From: Camelus ferus
Taxonomy: Eukaryota
Direction of reading: 5' to 3'
Assembly (NCBI RefSeq): GCF_009834535.1
Contig: NC_045697.1
Coordinates: forward strand, 65,722,001 to 65,786,000
DNA length: 64,000 bases
Shown here: in pieces, positions 62,667 through 64,000 of the stretch
How positions within the stretch are numbered: position 1 is the stretch's first letter
Layout: every line of letters starts with the position of its first letter
Made by a program: the position numbers and the translations under genes
Notes under the pieces: model-generated
What the model was told of the DNA's origin: nothing
Seen by the model: the letters and a program-made list of their open reading frames with translations, nothing else
The model's database searches: none

Positions 62667-64000
62667 GTTCCTTAGAACTAGTCATAAGTTTAGGCTCATA
62701 TTTCTGATTTGCTCCTCTATCTTATAAGCCATTTTGGTGTGTAAAATTCTTTGCTTCCTACTAAGGTAAGACAAGTTGAACTATAAGCACAACAAGATTG
62801 TCAGTGGTGAGTTGTTGGTTTTCCTTAATCAAATAAAATGTTTTAAAATTTGATAATACACATAAGAACCCTACCATAAAAATCCCACAGCCTTTCCCAC
62901 ATAAAGTTAAAGTTGAAATCAGAGAACATTATTTCCTTTTTGAACTGGTTCACCAAGTTTCTGCAGAGGATTGAACTTGAAGAATCCCGTCACTGACAGC
63001 CCAGGCAACAGACTGTGTGGTCTGATCTTATTTATCTTGGTGGTGGGAGTGTATCAGGCCAGTAAGAAAACACAAATTCTAACAATAAAGATGTCAGGAT
63101 GTTCTACAAGAAAAGTTTCGTTTAAATCTTTTTTTAAGGCAAACTTCAGAGAAAGTTCGACAGAAAACATTGCAAACCATTCATTTTTGCCCTGACAAAG
63201 AAACTTTCATCCTTTGGAAGGTAGCAGAATAAATTTAAAGCTTTTAATAAAAATATTTTGTGTGGCTACAAAAGCAACACCAAACATAAATAAATAAATC
63301 TCTGCCACCAATTCATTTTGAAGCACAGTCAGCCGAGTACAATGAGGCTGCAATCTGCAGGGATGCGTATAACTTTTGGAAATACCAGTAAAGTCAGAGT
63401 TCCTGAAATACTCCTGCCTGTCATCTTGAGACTGAGACTCATCACCAAGTTGCAAGCCAGCATTCTCAAATCAGAATCCAGGGCTGCTGGCTCAGGGAGA
63501 GGCAAACCCTGAATGATGAGTTTGGAAGGAAAAATAAGAGCAAAGGAAAAAAAATGTTCTTTCACTAAGCAAACTGAATCAGTGTACAAAGTCACTGTTT
63601 CTCTGCGTATCCATTTGACCACACAGAGGGATCACTGTGTTCATCCAGTGTTTCCTGGTAGTCTTGAGCCTGAGTTAATCAAACAGAATTTTTGCCTTTC
63701 TGTCATTACTGCAATCTCCAGTACTTTAGACAACCTGAAGAAAGTGATATGTATGCAACCAACAATTCACTTTCCACATGTACCTTTTCTTTTCATTCAG
63801 TGGCCAAATCTTCTGTTGGAAGAAGACGTAAAATCATCAACAATTTATTTAAGTTCTTTTATTTCCTACATATGGAGTCCTATCTAGGACTCCATAGTAT
63901 ATAGAAAAACTGATATTGCTTCTTTGTGAAATGTACTTTTCCCTGCATTAATCAATGTAACTCAATTTTTCTATTAAAAACAATGGAATGGTTCCCAGCT

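Noticed and set aside
1..64000. A previously undescribed multi-gene biological system
   Set aside because: No identifiable coding genes, RNA genes or ordered arrays; the window is explained by common mammalian repeats and unique non-coding DNA.

Overview
Mammalian, almost certainly camelid (alpaca/llama/camel), non-coding genomic DNA: AT-rich, CpG-depleted, and either intergenic or deep inside a large intron. The taxon call rests on three tRNA-derived SINEs of the camelid vic-1 type and young L1 3' ends ending ...GAAATTGACACATTGTAACTGACT...CTTCAATT-polyA. I could not recognise any protein-coding exon. The ORF track consists of chance ORFs and ORFs inside repeats. A large share of the window is interspersed repeat: MIR, L2, old and young L1, MLT1/MLT2/MER21/LTR40 LTRs, and MER5A/MER47/MER82/MER115 DNA transposons. 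Repeat names come from my recollection of consensus sequences, not from a search, and boundaries of old copies are approximate. There is no CRISPR array, RNA gene or prokaryote-type system, and I found no evidence of a novel biological system. The most notable items are small-scale genome-evolution signatures: an L1 with a probable 3' transduction, a 5'-inverted (twin-primed) L1, a 39-bp L1 stub with a 15-bp TSD, an unassigned 698-bp GC-rich insert splitting a MIR, and local duplications. Candidate regulatory sites (a CTCF motif, an E-box cluster, an RFX box) and several weak micro-exon candidates are also listed.
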